DNA of 64,000 bases from an uncultured Chloroflexia bacterium (GTDB lineage Bacteria > Chloroflexota > UBA6077 > JACCZL01): assembly GCA_963765765.1 (NCBI GenBank), contig CAVXYC010000001.1:32001-96000 (forward strand), read 5' to 3'. The position numbers and the translations under genes are program-made. Positions within the stretch are counted from its first letter, which is position 1; every line of letters begins with the position of its first letter. Of the stretch, positions 9,817 to 21,625 are shown in pieces. Below the pieces are notes generated by a model. That model saw only the letters and a list, made by a program, of their open reading frames with translations, was not told where the DNA came from and ran no database searches.

Positions 9817-10272
9817 TCATCCCGCGGCTCCCTGGCCCTGTGGGAGATTGAGCTTAAAGAATACTTCTGCATCCCCAACCGTCACCCGTTCCCCGCGCTG
9901 GTTCTCCGCCCAGATCTCAAGTGACGCGAGCACTCTTCCATCTCCTTGGGGAGCTATTCCATTGATGGCTCCGCGGCACGTAAGCGCGTCACCCAGCCGT
10001 ACCATGCCAACGAATCTCACGTCGAGCCGGCGCGTGGCTCCCGGGCCGGCCAGGTACGTCAGGTAGTGACCAAGGAAGCCCATAGAGAGCATGCCGTGGG
10101 CAATGACTCCGTTCAGGCCGCGCTCCCTGGCGGTCTCCACGTCCGTATGGATGAGATTGTCATCGCCCGAAGCGCCGGCATAGCGAAGTATCTGGGTCTT
10201 TGTAACCGCCGGTTTCTCCAGTGGCGGCAGGGATTGTCCAACCTCGAGATCGGCGGCGCGAAGGACGGCCAC
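9817..10272 (-). CDS. MaoC-like (R)-hydratase, HadB-like catalytic subunit
   Basis: YAGASGDDNLIH...VIAHGM hydratase-2 motif. Confidence 0.9.
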   Translation of the reverse strand: MAVLRAADLEVGQSLPPLEKPAVTKTQILRYAGASGDDNLIHTDVETARERGLNGVIAHGMLSMGFLGHYLTYLAGPGATRRLDVRFVGMVRLGDALTCRGAINGIAPQGDGRVLASLEIWAENQRGERVTVGDAEVFFKLNLPQGQGAAG

Positions 10273-10273
10273 C

Positions 10274-10675
10274 TTAGTGGGTGAGGCGCGTCGACCGCGC
10301 CCGATAGACGAGATTGCCCCCGGGATCGCGGCCCTCGGTATCGCTCACGATGAACGTCATCCGGCCGAGCTTCCCCTGTTTCTCGAAGACATCGACGATT
10401 TCCTCCACGACGGTGATAACGTCGCCGGCAACCAGTGGCCGTTCGTACTGGTACTCCTGGTTGGTGTGGATGAATGACGAACGATCGACGCCCTGGAACC
10501 ACGGAACGTCATCCATCCTGAAGGTCGTAGGGAATGTCGGCGGCGCGATGTCACCGCGCTGATACTCCGGCGTTTGATCATCAATGGCGCGAGCAAGTTT
10601 ACGGATCGCGCCACGCTCAACTTCGAACCTGGCCGGCGTCGACTTCATGCCTATGATGGACCGATCGATAGTCAC
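10274..10675 (-). CDS. MaoC N-terminal/FAS1-like hotdog protein, HadA-like partner
   Basis: VERGAIRKLARAI...APPTF...HTNQEYQYERPLVAGD; translationally coupled to the HadB-like gene. Confidence 0.88.
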   Translation of the reverse strand: MTIDRSIIGMKSTPARFEVERGAIRKLARAIDDQTPEYQRGDIAPPTFPTTFRMDDVPWFQGVDRSSFIHTNQEYQYERPLVAGDVITVVEEIVDVFEKQGKLGRMTFIVSDTEGRDPGGNLVYRARSTRLTH

Positions 10676-10852
10676 TCCGCCTCCTCATTACGGACTCAGC
10701 GGCACGCAGACCGATTCACCTGCGATGTAGTTTGGAGCCTTAGACTCCAGGCGCTTGTCATCTTGTTCCCGCCTGAGCTGCTCAGTTTTATCAGGAAATT
10801 AGAATTGGCACGCTGACGCGCCGCGCCTCGAAGGAGGGCATGGTGACGGAAA

Positions 10853-13010
10853 TCACCGCGGTGAAGTAGATAATGAATCGCCAGCCGCGTGAGTGACGAT
10901 TCCAAGCTGGTGAGCTTTGTGAGCAGCCTCGGCGCGCGTGGCGCAGTTGAGCTTGCTGAGAACGTTGCTCACGTACATCTCCACAGTACGGGGACTGAGC
11001 ATGAGCAGCTCGGCAATCTCCTTACTGGTGTGCCCCTGGCACACTGAGCTAAGCACCTCGAGCTCGCGCGGTGACAGACCGCCGCGCTCCAGGAAGCGCG
11101 CCGCTCGTCGACCTAACCTTTTGTCCACCGTTTCACCTAGCTCGCTGAGCTCGTGAGCAGCTTCCAATGCGAGAGGACGGGCGCCAAGCTTTTGAGCGGT
11201 GCGGTATGCATCGGTCAGCAATCCAATTGCAGACGGCGTATCTCCCAGCTTGGCCCGGGCGACGCCTGCTCTGAGCTGGACGCGGGCGCGCTCATAGGGC
11301 ACTTCAAGCGGCGCCAGCAGAGAGAGGGATCGATCGAAGTGCTCCACAGCTTGCTGAACGTTGGCCATTAATAGCGCCGACTCCGCCAGAGCCGTCGCCG
11401 CTCCCGCAAGGGCTTCCGCATTGCCCGTTTCAGCGGCGATGGCTGAAAGGATCCGTGCGCACGTCCGGGCTTCGGCCTCCATGCCAGCGCGGGCAAAAAA
11501 CGTCGCCGCGTCCCCGAGAGGCGATACCACGTAGTGGCGATCCTCCGTGCGATTCCAATGCTCCAGGATGAAGCGATAGCGCTCCGCAGTTTCGGGGCGG
11601 CCTTCCTGCTCATCGAGCATCGCCAGATTCCACGCGCTGTCGATCACCAGTGCAGCGATCCCTATCTCCTTCGATCGCTCATGCGCTTCACTCAACAGGG
11701 CACGTGCTCGCGTACGCTCGCCACGTAGAACCTGAAATGAGCCGAGCATGCCTGTGGCAATGACTCGAGCGGCCGTGGGTGCGCCGTCGTCATCGATGAC
11801 CGCACGGCATATCTCGGTGCCGCGATCCCACTCGCCAGTCTGACGCAGCACCACGGCCAGGCAGCCCAGACACACGAGCTGCATCACGGGCGCATCGTTA
11901 GTCTGGCAGAAGGAGATTGCCTCCCCGTAGGCATTCCTCGTTGCAGCGTAATCGGTCGACAGGCTCATCGCGTTTGCAAGGCGGTAGTAAGCGTCTGCCG
12001 CAACTTCAACCAGGTTCGCTTCCAGCGCCGATCCGAGCCCCCGTCGGATCATGTCTAGACCGGCTTCCACTTCACCTCGATCTGCCCGTAGCTGACCTTC
12101 CAGCGCCAGTGCGCGGGATTCGATGTCCGGCCGCTGTCTTTCTCTGGCGATGTCCTGGAGGCCGTGGAGTGCCGCAAGGCCATCAGCGAATCGGCCCATG
12201 CCCTCCAGGTGCTCTGCCAACGCGAGGCGCTCGGCCGCGGCTTCCTCAACTGCGTTGCAGGCCTCGAAGGCCTGTCGCGCCGCCTGTCGCGCCTCCACCG
12301 CGGCACCGCCGTCACCCTGCATTTCAAAAAGGCCCGCGAGGTTGCGTTGCACTCGTGCCAGCGAGGGCCAGTCTTTGCGAAATCGATAAAGCTCCGATGA
12401 CTCACGCCAGGAGCGCGCCGCCTCCGCGGCGTTGCCGCTGGCGAAAGAGCATTCCGCGTATCGCTCCAAGACAGTTATTCGCTCGATATCGGCCGTATCC
12501 CGAGGCCATAAATCCAGCGATTTGCGAGCACTCTCCGCCGCGTCTCGATAGGCATGTTGCGCACACGCTTCATCGGCGGCTTTGAGAAAGCTGGAGCGTG
12601 CGGAATCACGTCTGTTGGCCGCTAGCCAATGCTGCGCGATCTCAGTCGCGGGTGCTCCGCCTGAATGAAGAAGCTCCGCGATCTGGCAGTGAATTGCGCG
12701 CCGCTGGGTTCTACTAAGCGTTCGATAGACGCATTCCTGCACCAGGGCGTGTCGAAACATCGCGCGACCATCGCCAGCTTCTCGAATGATTCCCGTATCC
12801 AGCGCGTCGTCAATCGCCTCGGGAGCAGCGACTAATTCGGTCACGACGTCGAGATCAAACGACGGGCCGGCAACTGCCGCGACGTCCAGCGCGGCGCGCG
12901 TGGCGCTGGAGAGCGCTGACAACCGAAGGAGCACCGCCTCGTGAATAGTTGTTGGAATTGTGCCACTGGTTGGTTCGAACTGGGAATCTCGGAGCGACTC
13001 ACTCAGTGCC
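10853..13010 (-). pseudogene. MalT/LuxR-family large ATP-dependent regulator, N-terminal NTPase domain missing
   Basis: IPTTIHEAVLLRL, FRHALVQE, TPR-like region, C-terminal LuxR HTH (LSPRELEVL...LSPRTVEMYVSNVLSKL). Homology stops near 13010, where the SIR2 sequence begins. Confidence 0.85.
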
Positions 13011-13853
13011 GTTTCGGGACTTGCTCGCGGTCGTAGAGCGCGCGCGTATCGTGCCGTTCGTCGGTGCGGGCATGTCCAAGCCGATGGGCATGCCGTTGTG
13101 GGGTGAAGCGCTCAAGGAACTGCTGGGCCGCTTGCCCGGTGCCGATGCTGCGGCGATCAACGCACAGATCGACGCAGGGCATTACCTTGGGGCCGCCCAG
13201 GCCCTGGTGGACCATGACGACGTACAGACGACAAACTTCGTCCGCACGAAGTACCGCATCCAGAAAATCAAGCTGGGTGGGCCGATGGTGCTGCTGCCGC
13301 GGATCGCGAAGGGCTGCGTCGTCACGACGAACTTCGACGACGCGATCGAGGAGACCTATCGGGGGGTAAACGTGGAGTTCAAGGCTACATGCACGGAACG
13401 CAGGAGCACAACTTCTTCCCGCGTCCGGTGCGCGGCGACCACTGCCTGCTCAAGTTGCACGGCGACGCGGACAACGCCGCCACCCATATCCTGACCAGGC
13501 GCAGTACGCCGACGGCTACGGTTGCCCGTTCGACTTCCACAAGCCGTTGCCAAAGGCATTGCGGCAGGTGTTCGTTTCGCAGTCGCTGCTGTTCCTCGGT
13601 TGTAGTCTGGAGCAGGACCGGACGTTGGAACTGTTCGCGCAGGCCAAGCAGGCGGAAGAGTACGTCATACCCAACCACTACGCGATCCTGCCCGCGCCGG
13701 ACGACGCCCTGGCCAAGCAGCAGAAGGAGACGCGGCTGCTCGGGGTTGAACATCCAACCGCTGTGGTACCCGGCGGGTGAACACTAGTTCGTCGCCCGGG
13801 ACCTGCAACTCATCGTCGATGTGGCCGAGCGGCGCATCAGCTACAACGGGTGA
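13010..13853 (+). pseudogene. SIR2-family protein, 5'-truncated and multiply frameshifted
   Basis: IVPFVGAGMS, VTTNFDD, LLKLHGD, SLLFLGCSL spread over several frames. Confidence 0.85.
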
Positions 13854-13862
13854 CTCGCCCAA

Positions 13863-16800
13863 ATGCTCACTGAGAACGAACTCGAAGCGCTGGCGCTCAC
13901 TTGGTTCCAGGACTCCGGCTGGGAGTACCGCCACGGCCCGGACATCGCGCCGGACGGCGAGACGCCAGAGCGCGCAGACTACCGGCAGGTGGTGCTCACC
14001 GGCCGGCTGCGCGAAGCGCTTCAGCGCCTGAACCTCGACATGCCGGAGTTCGTAAGCGATGAAGTGCTGCATCGCGTGACGACGCTGCATGAGCTGTCGC
14101 TCGTGCAGAGCAACCTGTGCTTCCACGAGGCGCTGGTGGATGGTCTCCCAGTGGAAGTGGAACAAGGCGGCGAGAAGCGCGGCGACCGGGTGCGGCTGAT
14201 CGACTTCGACCACCCGCAGGCAAACCGCTACCTGGTGGTGAGCCAGTACACGGTGCAAGGCAGCAAGCAGCCGCGGCGGCCGGACCTGGTGTGCTTCATC
14301 AACGGGTTGCCGATTGCCGTGATCGAGCTGAAGAACCTGGCCGCGCAGCAGGCCGACATCTGGTCGGCTTTCAACCAGCTCGACGCCTATAAGACCGAGA
14401 TCGCGGGCTTGTTCGTGTTCAACGAGGCGATGGTGATCTCCGACGGGCTGAATGCGCGCGTGGGCTCGCTGACGGCCAGCCGCGAACGCTTTCTGCCGTG
14501 GCGCACGGTGCGCAACGAGAATGACCGGCCGCTGCTGGAGTTCGAGCTGGAGAAGGTGGTGCGCGGCTTCTTCGCGCCCGAGCTGCTGCTCGACTACCTG
14601 CGCTACTTCGTCCTTTTCGAGCAGGGCGACGACGGTATCGCCAAGAAGATCGCCGGCTACCACCAGTTCCACGCGGTGCGCGAGGCGGTGCGGGTTGCGG
14701 TGATCGCAGCGACGCAGGCCATCGCCGGCGAGTACGGTACGGGAAGAGCGAGCGACCTACGGTCGGGAGGTGATCCCGGTTCGCGCAAGGGCGGCATCGT
14801 CTGGCACACGCAGGGATCGGGCAAGAGCATGTCGATGGTGTGTTTCGCGGCCAAGCTGATGCAACGGCCGGAGATGAAGAATCCGACGATCATCGTGGTG
14901 ACCGACCGCAACGACCTGGACGGGCAGCTCTTCCAGACGTTCATGGGTGCGCGTGCGCTGCTGAAAGAGACGCCACAGCAGGCGGAGGACCGCGAGCAAC
15001 TGCGCTCGCTGCTTGCCGGCGCGGCCCTCGGGCGGCATCATCTTCAGCACGATGCAGAAGTTTTCGCCGGGTGACGACGAAGAGCGGTTCCCTCGACTCA
15101 CGGAGCGCACCAACATCGTCGTCATCGCCGACGAGGCGCACCGCTCGCAGTACGGCTTCCGCGCCGTGCTGGACAAGAAGTCCGGCCAGTACAAGTATGG
15201 CTTTGCCAAGCATCTGCGCGACGCGCTGCCGAATGCGACCTTCGTCGGCTTCACCGGCACGCCAGTGGAGACGGACGACAAGGATACGCGCGCTGTGTTC
15301 GGCGACTACGTCAGCGTCTACGACATCCAGGACGCGGTGGACGACGGCGCGACCGTGCCGATCTACTACGAAAGCCGCCTGGCCAAGCTGAACATCAACC
15401 AGGCCGAGATCGAGCAGCTCAGCAACCAGGTCGAGGAAATCTTCGAGGACGAGGAGAGCGTCGCGCAGCGCGAGGCGGCCAAGACCAAGTGGGCGGCACT
15501 GGAGAAGCTGGTTGGAGCCGAGCCGCGCATTAGAGAAGTGGCGGCGGACCTCGTGAAGCACTTCGACGCGCGCATCGCCGCTGTGGACGGCAAGGCCATG
15601 GTGGTGGCGATGAGCCGGGAGATCTGCGTGGACCTGTTCGATGCCATCACCGACCTGCGTCCGCAGTGGAAGGGCACGCTGTGTCGAGCCATGACGCAGA
15701 CAGGCCGAGCCACTACAGCCCAGGCGATGGCGTGGTGCGCATTGTGATGACGGGCTCGGCAGCCGACGACGCCAGGCTGCGCCCGCATATCTACAACGCC
15801 AGCGCGAAGAAGCAGCTCGAAAAGCGCTTCAAAGACCCGCAGGACCCGCTGAAGATCGTCATCGTCCGCGACATGTGGCTAACCGGCTTCGACGTGCCCT
15901 GCCTGCACACGATGTATGTGGACAAGCCGATGCGCGACCACAACCTGATGCAGGCCATCGCGCGTGTGAACCGCGTGTTCCGCGACAAGGAGGGCGGGCT
16001 GGTCGTTGATTACATCGGCATCGCGGCCGAGTTGCGGCAAGCACTGCAAGACCTACACCGAGAGCCGTGGCAAGGGGCAGCCCACGCTGGAGACGGCCGA
16101 AGCGCTGGCCAAGCTGAAGGAGTTGATAGAGGTGGCGCGCGGCATGCTACATGGCTTCGATTACTGGGGCTATCGCACCCAGCCTATCGCGCTGCTCCTG
16201 CCGTCCGCGAACTTCGTGCTTGGGCTGGAGGACGGCAAGAAGCGCTGGTCCGATGTGGTGCTGGCGATCACGAAGGCGTTTTCGCTGTGCGGCACACTGG
16301 ACGAGGCCATCGAGCTGCGCGAGGAGATCGCGTTCTTTCAGGCGATCAAGGGCGTCATCGCCAAGGCAACCGAGACCGAAAAGAAGCTCTCACAAGACCG
16401 CAAGAACGCCGTACTGAAGCAGATCCTCGACAACGCCGTGGTCGCCGATGGCGTAGAGGACATTTTCAAACTCGCCGGTCTGGAGAGGCCGGACATCGGG
16501 TTGTTGTCCGACGCATTCCTCAACGAGGTGCGGCAACTGCCGCAACGCAACTTCGCGGTCGAGCTGCTGCAGAAGCTGCTCAACGATGAGATCAAGTCAC
16601 GTAGCCGCACCAACGTGATCCTGGAGAAGAAATTCAGTGAACGCTGCTGGTCGCCGCTTTGAATCGCTACCGCAGCCGCGCGATCGAGAGCGCGCAGGTC
16701 ATCGAAGAGCTGATCCGATGGCCAAGGAGTTCCGCGAGGCGGCAAAGCGTGGCGAGAAACTTAGCCTGAACGAGTCCGAGCTCGCTTTCTATGACGCGCT

Positions 16801-17050
16801 CGCGAACAACGAGAGCGCCGTGCGCGAGCTGGGTGACGATGTGCTGAAAAAGATTGCGTTCGAGCTGACCGAGAAGCTGCGCGTGAGTACGAGCGTCGAT
16901 TGGCAGAAGCGTGAGAGCGTGCGGGCACGGCTGCGCAACCTGGTGCGCATCACGTTACGCCGACACAAATACCCGCCGGATCAGCAGGAAGAGGCCATTC
17001 AGTTGGTCTTGGAACAGGCTGAACGACTCTCCGATGATTGGACGAAGTAG
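13863..17050 (+). pseudogene. hsdR: Type I restriction endonuclease subunit R, about 5 frameshifts
   Basis: RPD..FINGLPIAVIELK nuclease motif, [47 protein letters not shown]. Confidence 0.93.
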
Positions 17051-17211
17051 GCAACAACCGGTCGACGACCAGCACCCGTCGCCGGAGTGGCGCCCAAGAA
17101 ACAGCTGCCGCGGGCGGGCATCAACGCGAGGTGAATACGGTCTTCGCAGGATGGCTGGCGGCGACTCTTACGCCATACTGAGCGCGAGTGACCTATCGAT
17201 GGCGAAGTTGA

Positions 17212-18422
17212 TCAGTGGCCGCCCTCACGAGCGCCGATCACCCCGCGGCTCGATGAAGCCTCGCACCTCGTCGGCGCTGAAGCCGAGCTCCGCGACGATT
17301 TCGTTCGAATCCTGCCCCAGGGCGGGAATCCGATCGGTACGCTGCTGCATAGAGGCTAGATTCATCGGGTGGCCCAGCAGTTTGATCGGTCCAGCCTCGC
17401 TATCGAACTCGTGCCAGCGGTCGCGTACGTCGAGCTGCTCATGCTTGGCCAGCGATTCCACGTCGTTGACGCGACCATTGGGGATATCGGCTCGCTCCAG
17501 AAGATCGATTGCTTCGGCCTGGGTCAAACGACCAAGCTGGGTCTCGATCAGCGGCTCGAGCTCAGTTCGATTCTGAACGCGCTTCTCATTAGCGTTGAAG
17601 CGCGGATCGTTCACCAGGTCATGACGTTCCATCACGACCTCGCAGAGACGCGCCCACTGGCGCGGATTCTCCACCGCGATATTCACCAGCAAACCGTCGC
17701 CACACCGATACACGCCGTACGGCACGATGACGTTGTGGCGCATACCGGCGCGTGGCAGCTTTCGATCGGCAAAGCTGTAGAAGTAGGCAAAAGGCGACAT
17801 CCAGTCCGCCATGCACTCCAGCATGGAGATATCGATGGAGTCACCTTTGCCGGTGATGTCTCTCTGACGCAGCGCGAGAAGCACCGAGCTAAAGGCGTAC
17901 ATGCCCGCGCTGATATCGCAGACGCTGATGCCGACCTTGGCTGGAAAGTCCGGCGTGCCCGTGACCGAGATCAAGGCGCTCTCTCCCTGGAGGAGCAAGT
18001 CGAACGCCTTCTTGTCGCGGTACGGTCCGTCCTGGCCGTAGCCCGGAGATATTGCAGTAGATCACACCCGGCTTACTGGCGCTGACGGCCTCGTATCCGA
18101 AGCCGAGTCGATCTAGGGCGCCCGGCGCCAGGTTTTGAAGGACAATATCTGCCGAATCAACCAGTCTGCGGGTGATCTCCTCCGCGCCCGTCGCCTTGAG
18201 GTCGATGGCCAGACTGCGCTTCCCACGGTTCAGCCACACGAAGTAGGCGCTCTGGCCGTTAACGGCCGTGTCATAGTGACGACCAAAGTCGCCACCTTCC
18301 GGCCGCTCAATCTTGATGATCTCCGCGCCGGCGTCCGCCAGATGCCGCGTTGCCAGCGGGCCGGCGACCGCCTGCTCAAAGGCGACGACGCGAAGGCCGG
18401 ACAGAGGGAAACCGGTCGTCAT
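17212..18422 (-). CDS. CaiB/BaiF family CoA-transferase (frameshifts near 18042 and probably 17250)
   Basis: PLSGLRVVAFEQAVAGP...DAGAEIIKIERP...NRGKRS; GPYRDKKAFDLLLQG; PALGQDS. Confidence 0.9.
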
Positions 18423-18441
18423 CTGGGGATCACCCGAGGGA

Positions 18442-18540
18442 ACCCTACCCCAGCCCTCCCCGTGCTCGGGGCGGGGGCCGGATTCGCCAGTCTTCTCGAT
18501 CATGCCCCCTCCCCGAGCACGGGGAGGGCTGGGGTAGGGT
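18442..18540. repeat. BoxC-like inverted repeat cassette
   Basis: Perfect 30-bp IR ACCCTACCCCAGCCCTCCCCGTGCTCGGGG (18442-18471 versus 18511-18540). Confidence 0.85.
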
Positions 18541-18570
18541 CGCTTTCGCGGCTTCCGCATCACCGGGCGC

Positions 18571-20260
18571 TTAACCCGTGACCGCCCCAATGGACGCCGA
18601 AGACACGAGCTTGGCGTACTTGGCCAGTGTACCGGTCGTGTACTTAGGAGGAGGCGCGGTCCAGGCATCCAGGCGGCTCTTGATTTCATCGTCCGAAAGC
18701 GCCACGGACAGTTCTCGCTTGGGGATGTCGATGGTGACCATGTCGCCTTCCCGCAGGATGGCGATCGGTCCACCGGTCATCGCCTCAGGCGCTACGTGCC
18801 CCACACAGAAGCCACGGCTAGCGCCGCTGAAGCGACCGTCGGTGATCAGCGCTACGTCATCGCCGTGACCCTGGCCCACGAGCGCACCGGTCACCGCCAG
18901 CATCTCGCGCATGCCGGGACCGCCCTTGGGCCCTTCGTAGCGGATGACGATCACGTCGCCGGCGTTGATCTCGCTGCGCATGATCGCGCGGAAGGCATCC
19001 TCCTCCGTGTCGTAAACCCGCGCCGGGCCGGTCTGTGAGGTGCGATCGGTGCCCGCCGCCTTGATGACCGCGCCCTCAGGAGCAAGGTTGCCGCGAAGAA
19101 TCGCCAGGCCGCCATCGGCGTGGCGCGGGCTGGACACCTCGCGGATCACGTCCTGGCCAGGCGTCTCTTTGAACTTTGGCAGCGTCTCCGACCATGTACC
19201 GCCCGTGATGGTGCGCTGGCTTCCATCGAAGAGGCCGGCTTCGATCAATCTACGGATGACAATTGGGACACCGCCGGCCTTGTCGAGGTCGGTCATGACG
19301 TAGCGGCCGCCAGGCGACATATCACCGATGAGCGGCACCCTGCGGCCCATCTCGTCGAAGTCGTCGATGTTCAAGCTCAACACCGGCTTCATGGGCAATG
19401 GCGAGAAGGTGCAGCACGGCATTCGTCGAGCCGCCCATCGCCAGCACTACCGCGATGGCGTTATCAAAGGCTTTGCGGGTGAGGATGTCGCGCGGGCGAA
19501 CGTTCTCGCGCAGAAGCTGCACCACGCGCTCGCCAGCCTGATAGGCCTCTTTGTATTTGCGGCCATCCACTGCCGGATAGGCTGCCCCGCCGGGAATCAT
19601 CATGCCAATCGCTTCAATAGCCGATGACATCGTGTTGGCGGTGAAAAGGCCACCGCACGCGCCGGCTCCGGGGCAGGCCACGTTCTCGAGCTCGCGCACT
19701 TCTTCGAACGACATGGAGCCCTTGGAGTACGCCCCGACTGCCTCGAAGACGTGCTGGACGGTGACTTCTTTTCCACGATAGACGCCGGGCATGATGCTGC
19801 CGCCATAGACGAAGACGGACGGGAGATTCAGGCGGGCTATGGCCATAAGCGCGCCGGGCTGGGTCTTGTCGCAGCCAGCCAGCGTCACCAGAGCATCCAG
19901 CCGATGACCGAAGACGGTCAGCTCGATGGTGTCAGCGATCCAGTCGCGGCTGATGAGCGAGGCTTTCATGCCCTCCGTGCCCATGGCGATGCCGTCAGTC
20001 ACGGAGATGGTGTTGAACTCCAGCGGCAGCCCACCGGCTGCGCGGATACCCTGCTTCACTTGCTGCGCCAGATCGTGCAGGTTGGCCTGGCACGGTGTCA
20101 TCTCGTTCCAGGTGCTGGCAATCCCGATGAGCGGCTTGTTGTCCAGGTCATCGTCGGAGACGCCGACCGCGTGAAAGTACGAGCGCGCAGCGGCGCGCTC
20201 AACGCCCTCGGTGATCTCCTTGCTGAGATGCTTCAAACTGCCGTTACCGGACTCCGCCAT
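18571..20260 (-). CDS. ilvD: Dihydroxy-acid dehydratase (frameshift near 19380)
   Basis: [59 protein letters not shown]. Confidence 0.95.
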
Positions 20261-20374
20261 GAGTGATCTCCCCGTGATTCATTGCACACGTCTATGTAGC
20301 CGGGAAGGATACAGCAGCGCCCTATCACCGTCGCATGTAGTGAGTGATTCAGCGCCTGTGGGGCGGCTTCCTGA

Positions 20375-21604
20375 TCAGCCGCGCACGCTCTTGCAGATGT
20401 TGATGACGGTGTTGACCATCTCCGTGCCGGTATCAGTACCGCGGGCGGGGTAGCGCTCCAGGTGGTTGTAGTCGGGCATGCTGGCAGGGTCCGCTACGGG
20501 CACGTCAGCGCGGCGGCTGTTGCGCGCCACCGGGTCTCCCCAGGCCTCCAACCAGGCTAATTGCCCTTCCCGACTCCAGAACCAGTTCAGGAACACCTTT
20601 GACGCGTTCGGATGCGGCGCATTCTTGAATACGGCCACCGCGGCCACCGCCGCGCTACCGCCCTCGAACTGGAGAAGCTCCACGTTCTTGCCGACACCCT
20701 CAGCCTGGAGCCGTGCTACGTTCTGATCGTCGGCCCCAATGGCAATGGGATAGCGTCCGGTTGCCACCCACTCGCTGGTGATCCGGACCGTCTCCTGGAA
20801 TACGGGTTGCGGCTCGGTCAGCAGCCGTCGCACGAAGTCCTCACCTTTGGCATTCAAGACACCCGTCAACGTGAGCGTTCCCTGAGCCGGCACCGTGCAG
20901 TCGTCCACTACTACCTTGCCGCGCCACTTCGGATCCAGCAGACCGTCGAGCGAATTGAGCTCGTCGCGCGGAATGACATCCCGATTCACGTAGAGCGTAT
21001 GACGAACTGCCCAATCGTGAATCAGGATGTACGGCTTGTCCGGTGCGGTGTAAAGCTCGAACTTACCGCCGTGCCACTTGGCCGGATCGATGGCGTCTGG
21101 GAGAAGAAAGAACGGGCGGATGTCCTGGAATGCATCCGCGGGCATCAACACCTCATGCATATTGGTGGCGCCGCTGGACTCCATGACGTCCCACGCGAAC
21201 ACGCCATTCCGCTGCTCGCCGATCAGCTTCGGCGAGAAGTCGCTGGGTCGCGCGCCGGTGTGCTCCACCGGGATGTCGGGGAATGCCTTCTGGAAGGCAG
21301 CCATAAGGCGCTGATCGTTGGAGCCCGGCATGGTGGCGATGATCAGCTTCTCGCGCTTGGCCGCTTCCACCGTGCGTTCCCATTCCGCCTGCCACGACGG
21401 CGTCTGGGCGGCCGGGACCGCACTCTCAGGCTTTGGCGCGGCCGTTGGCTTGCTCTCGCCCTGTGCGGGAGCCGCGGTCGGCGCCGTGGGCTGGCCCGAT
21501 CCGGCGGGGGCGGTCGGGCTCGCTGAAGGCGCGGCACAGGCTGCCAGCATAAGCACAGTGATGCAGAGGCCCACCAGGTGGGGGCCTCGGTTGACTACGG
21601 GCAT
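20375..21604 (-). CDS. Extracellular solute-binding lipoprotein (AfuA/Fe3+-thiamine-like family)
   Basis: Lipobox LAAC, Ala/Pro linker, LLDPKWRGK, NAPHPNASKVFLNW..SREGQ. Confidence 0.88.
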   Translation of the reverse strand: MPVVNRGPHLVGLCITVLMLAACAAPSASPTAPAGSGQPTAPTAAPAQGESKPTAAPKPESAVPAAQTPSWQAEWERTVEAAKREKLIIATMPGSNDQRLMAAFQKAFPDIPVEHTGARPSDFSPKLIGEQRNGVFAWDVMESSGATNMHEVLMPADAFQDIRPFFLLPDAIDPAKWHGGKFELYTAPDKPYILIHDWAVRHTLYVNRDVIPRDELNSLDGLLDPKWRGKVVVDDCTVPAQGTLTLTGVLNAKGEDFVRRLLTEPQPVFQETVRITSEWVATGRYPIAIGADDQNVARLQAEGVGKNVELLQFEGGSAAVAAVAVFKNAPHPNASKVFLNWFWSREGQLAWLEAWGDPVARNSRRADVPVADPASMPDYNHLERYPARGTDTGTEMVNTVINICKSVRG

Positions 21605-21625
21605 GATCCTCCTCCGAAAGTGCGA

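Noticed and set aside
12965-12990. GGTTCGAA T-loop-like word near the junction, suggesting a tRNA att site
   Set aside because: No cloverleaf or CCA end; it lies in the regulator's coding remnant.
13010-17050. Programmed frameshifting or phase variation in SIR2-hsdR
   Set aside because: The breaks are numerous and not at long homopolymers or slippery sites; error or decay is simpler.
17889-18773. N-terminal extension of the CoA-transferase ORF with repeated GEGWGR
   Set aside because: This is translation through the BoxC-like repeat; homology starts at 18422.
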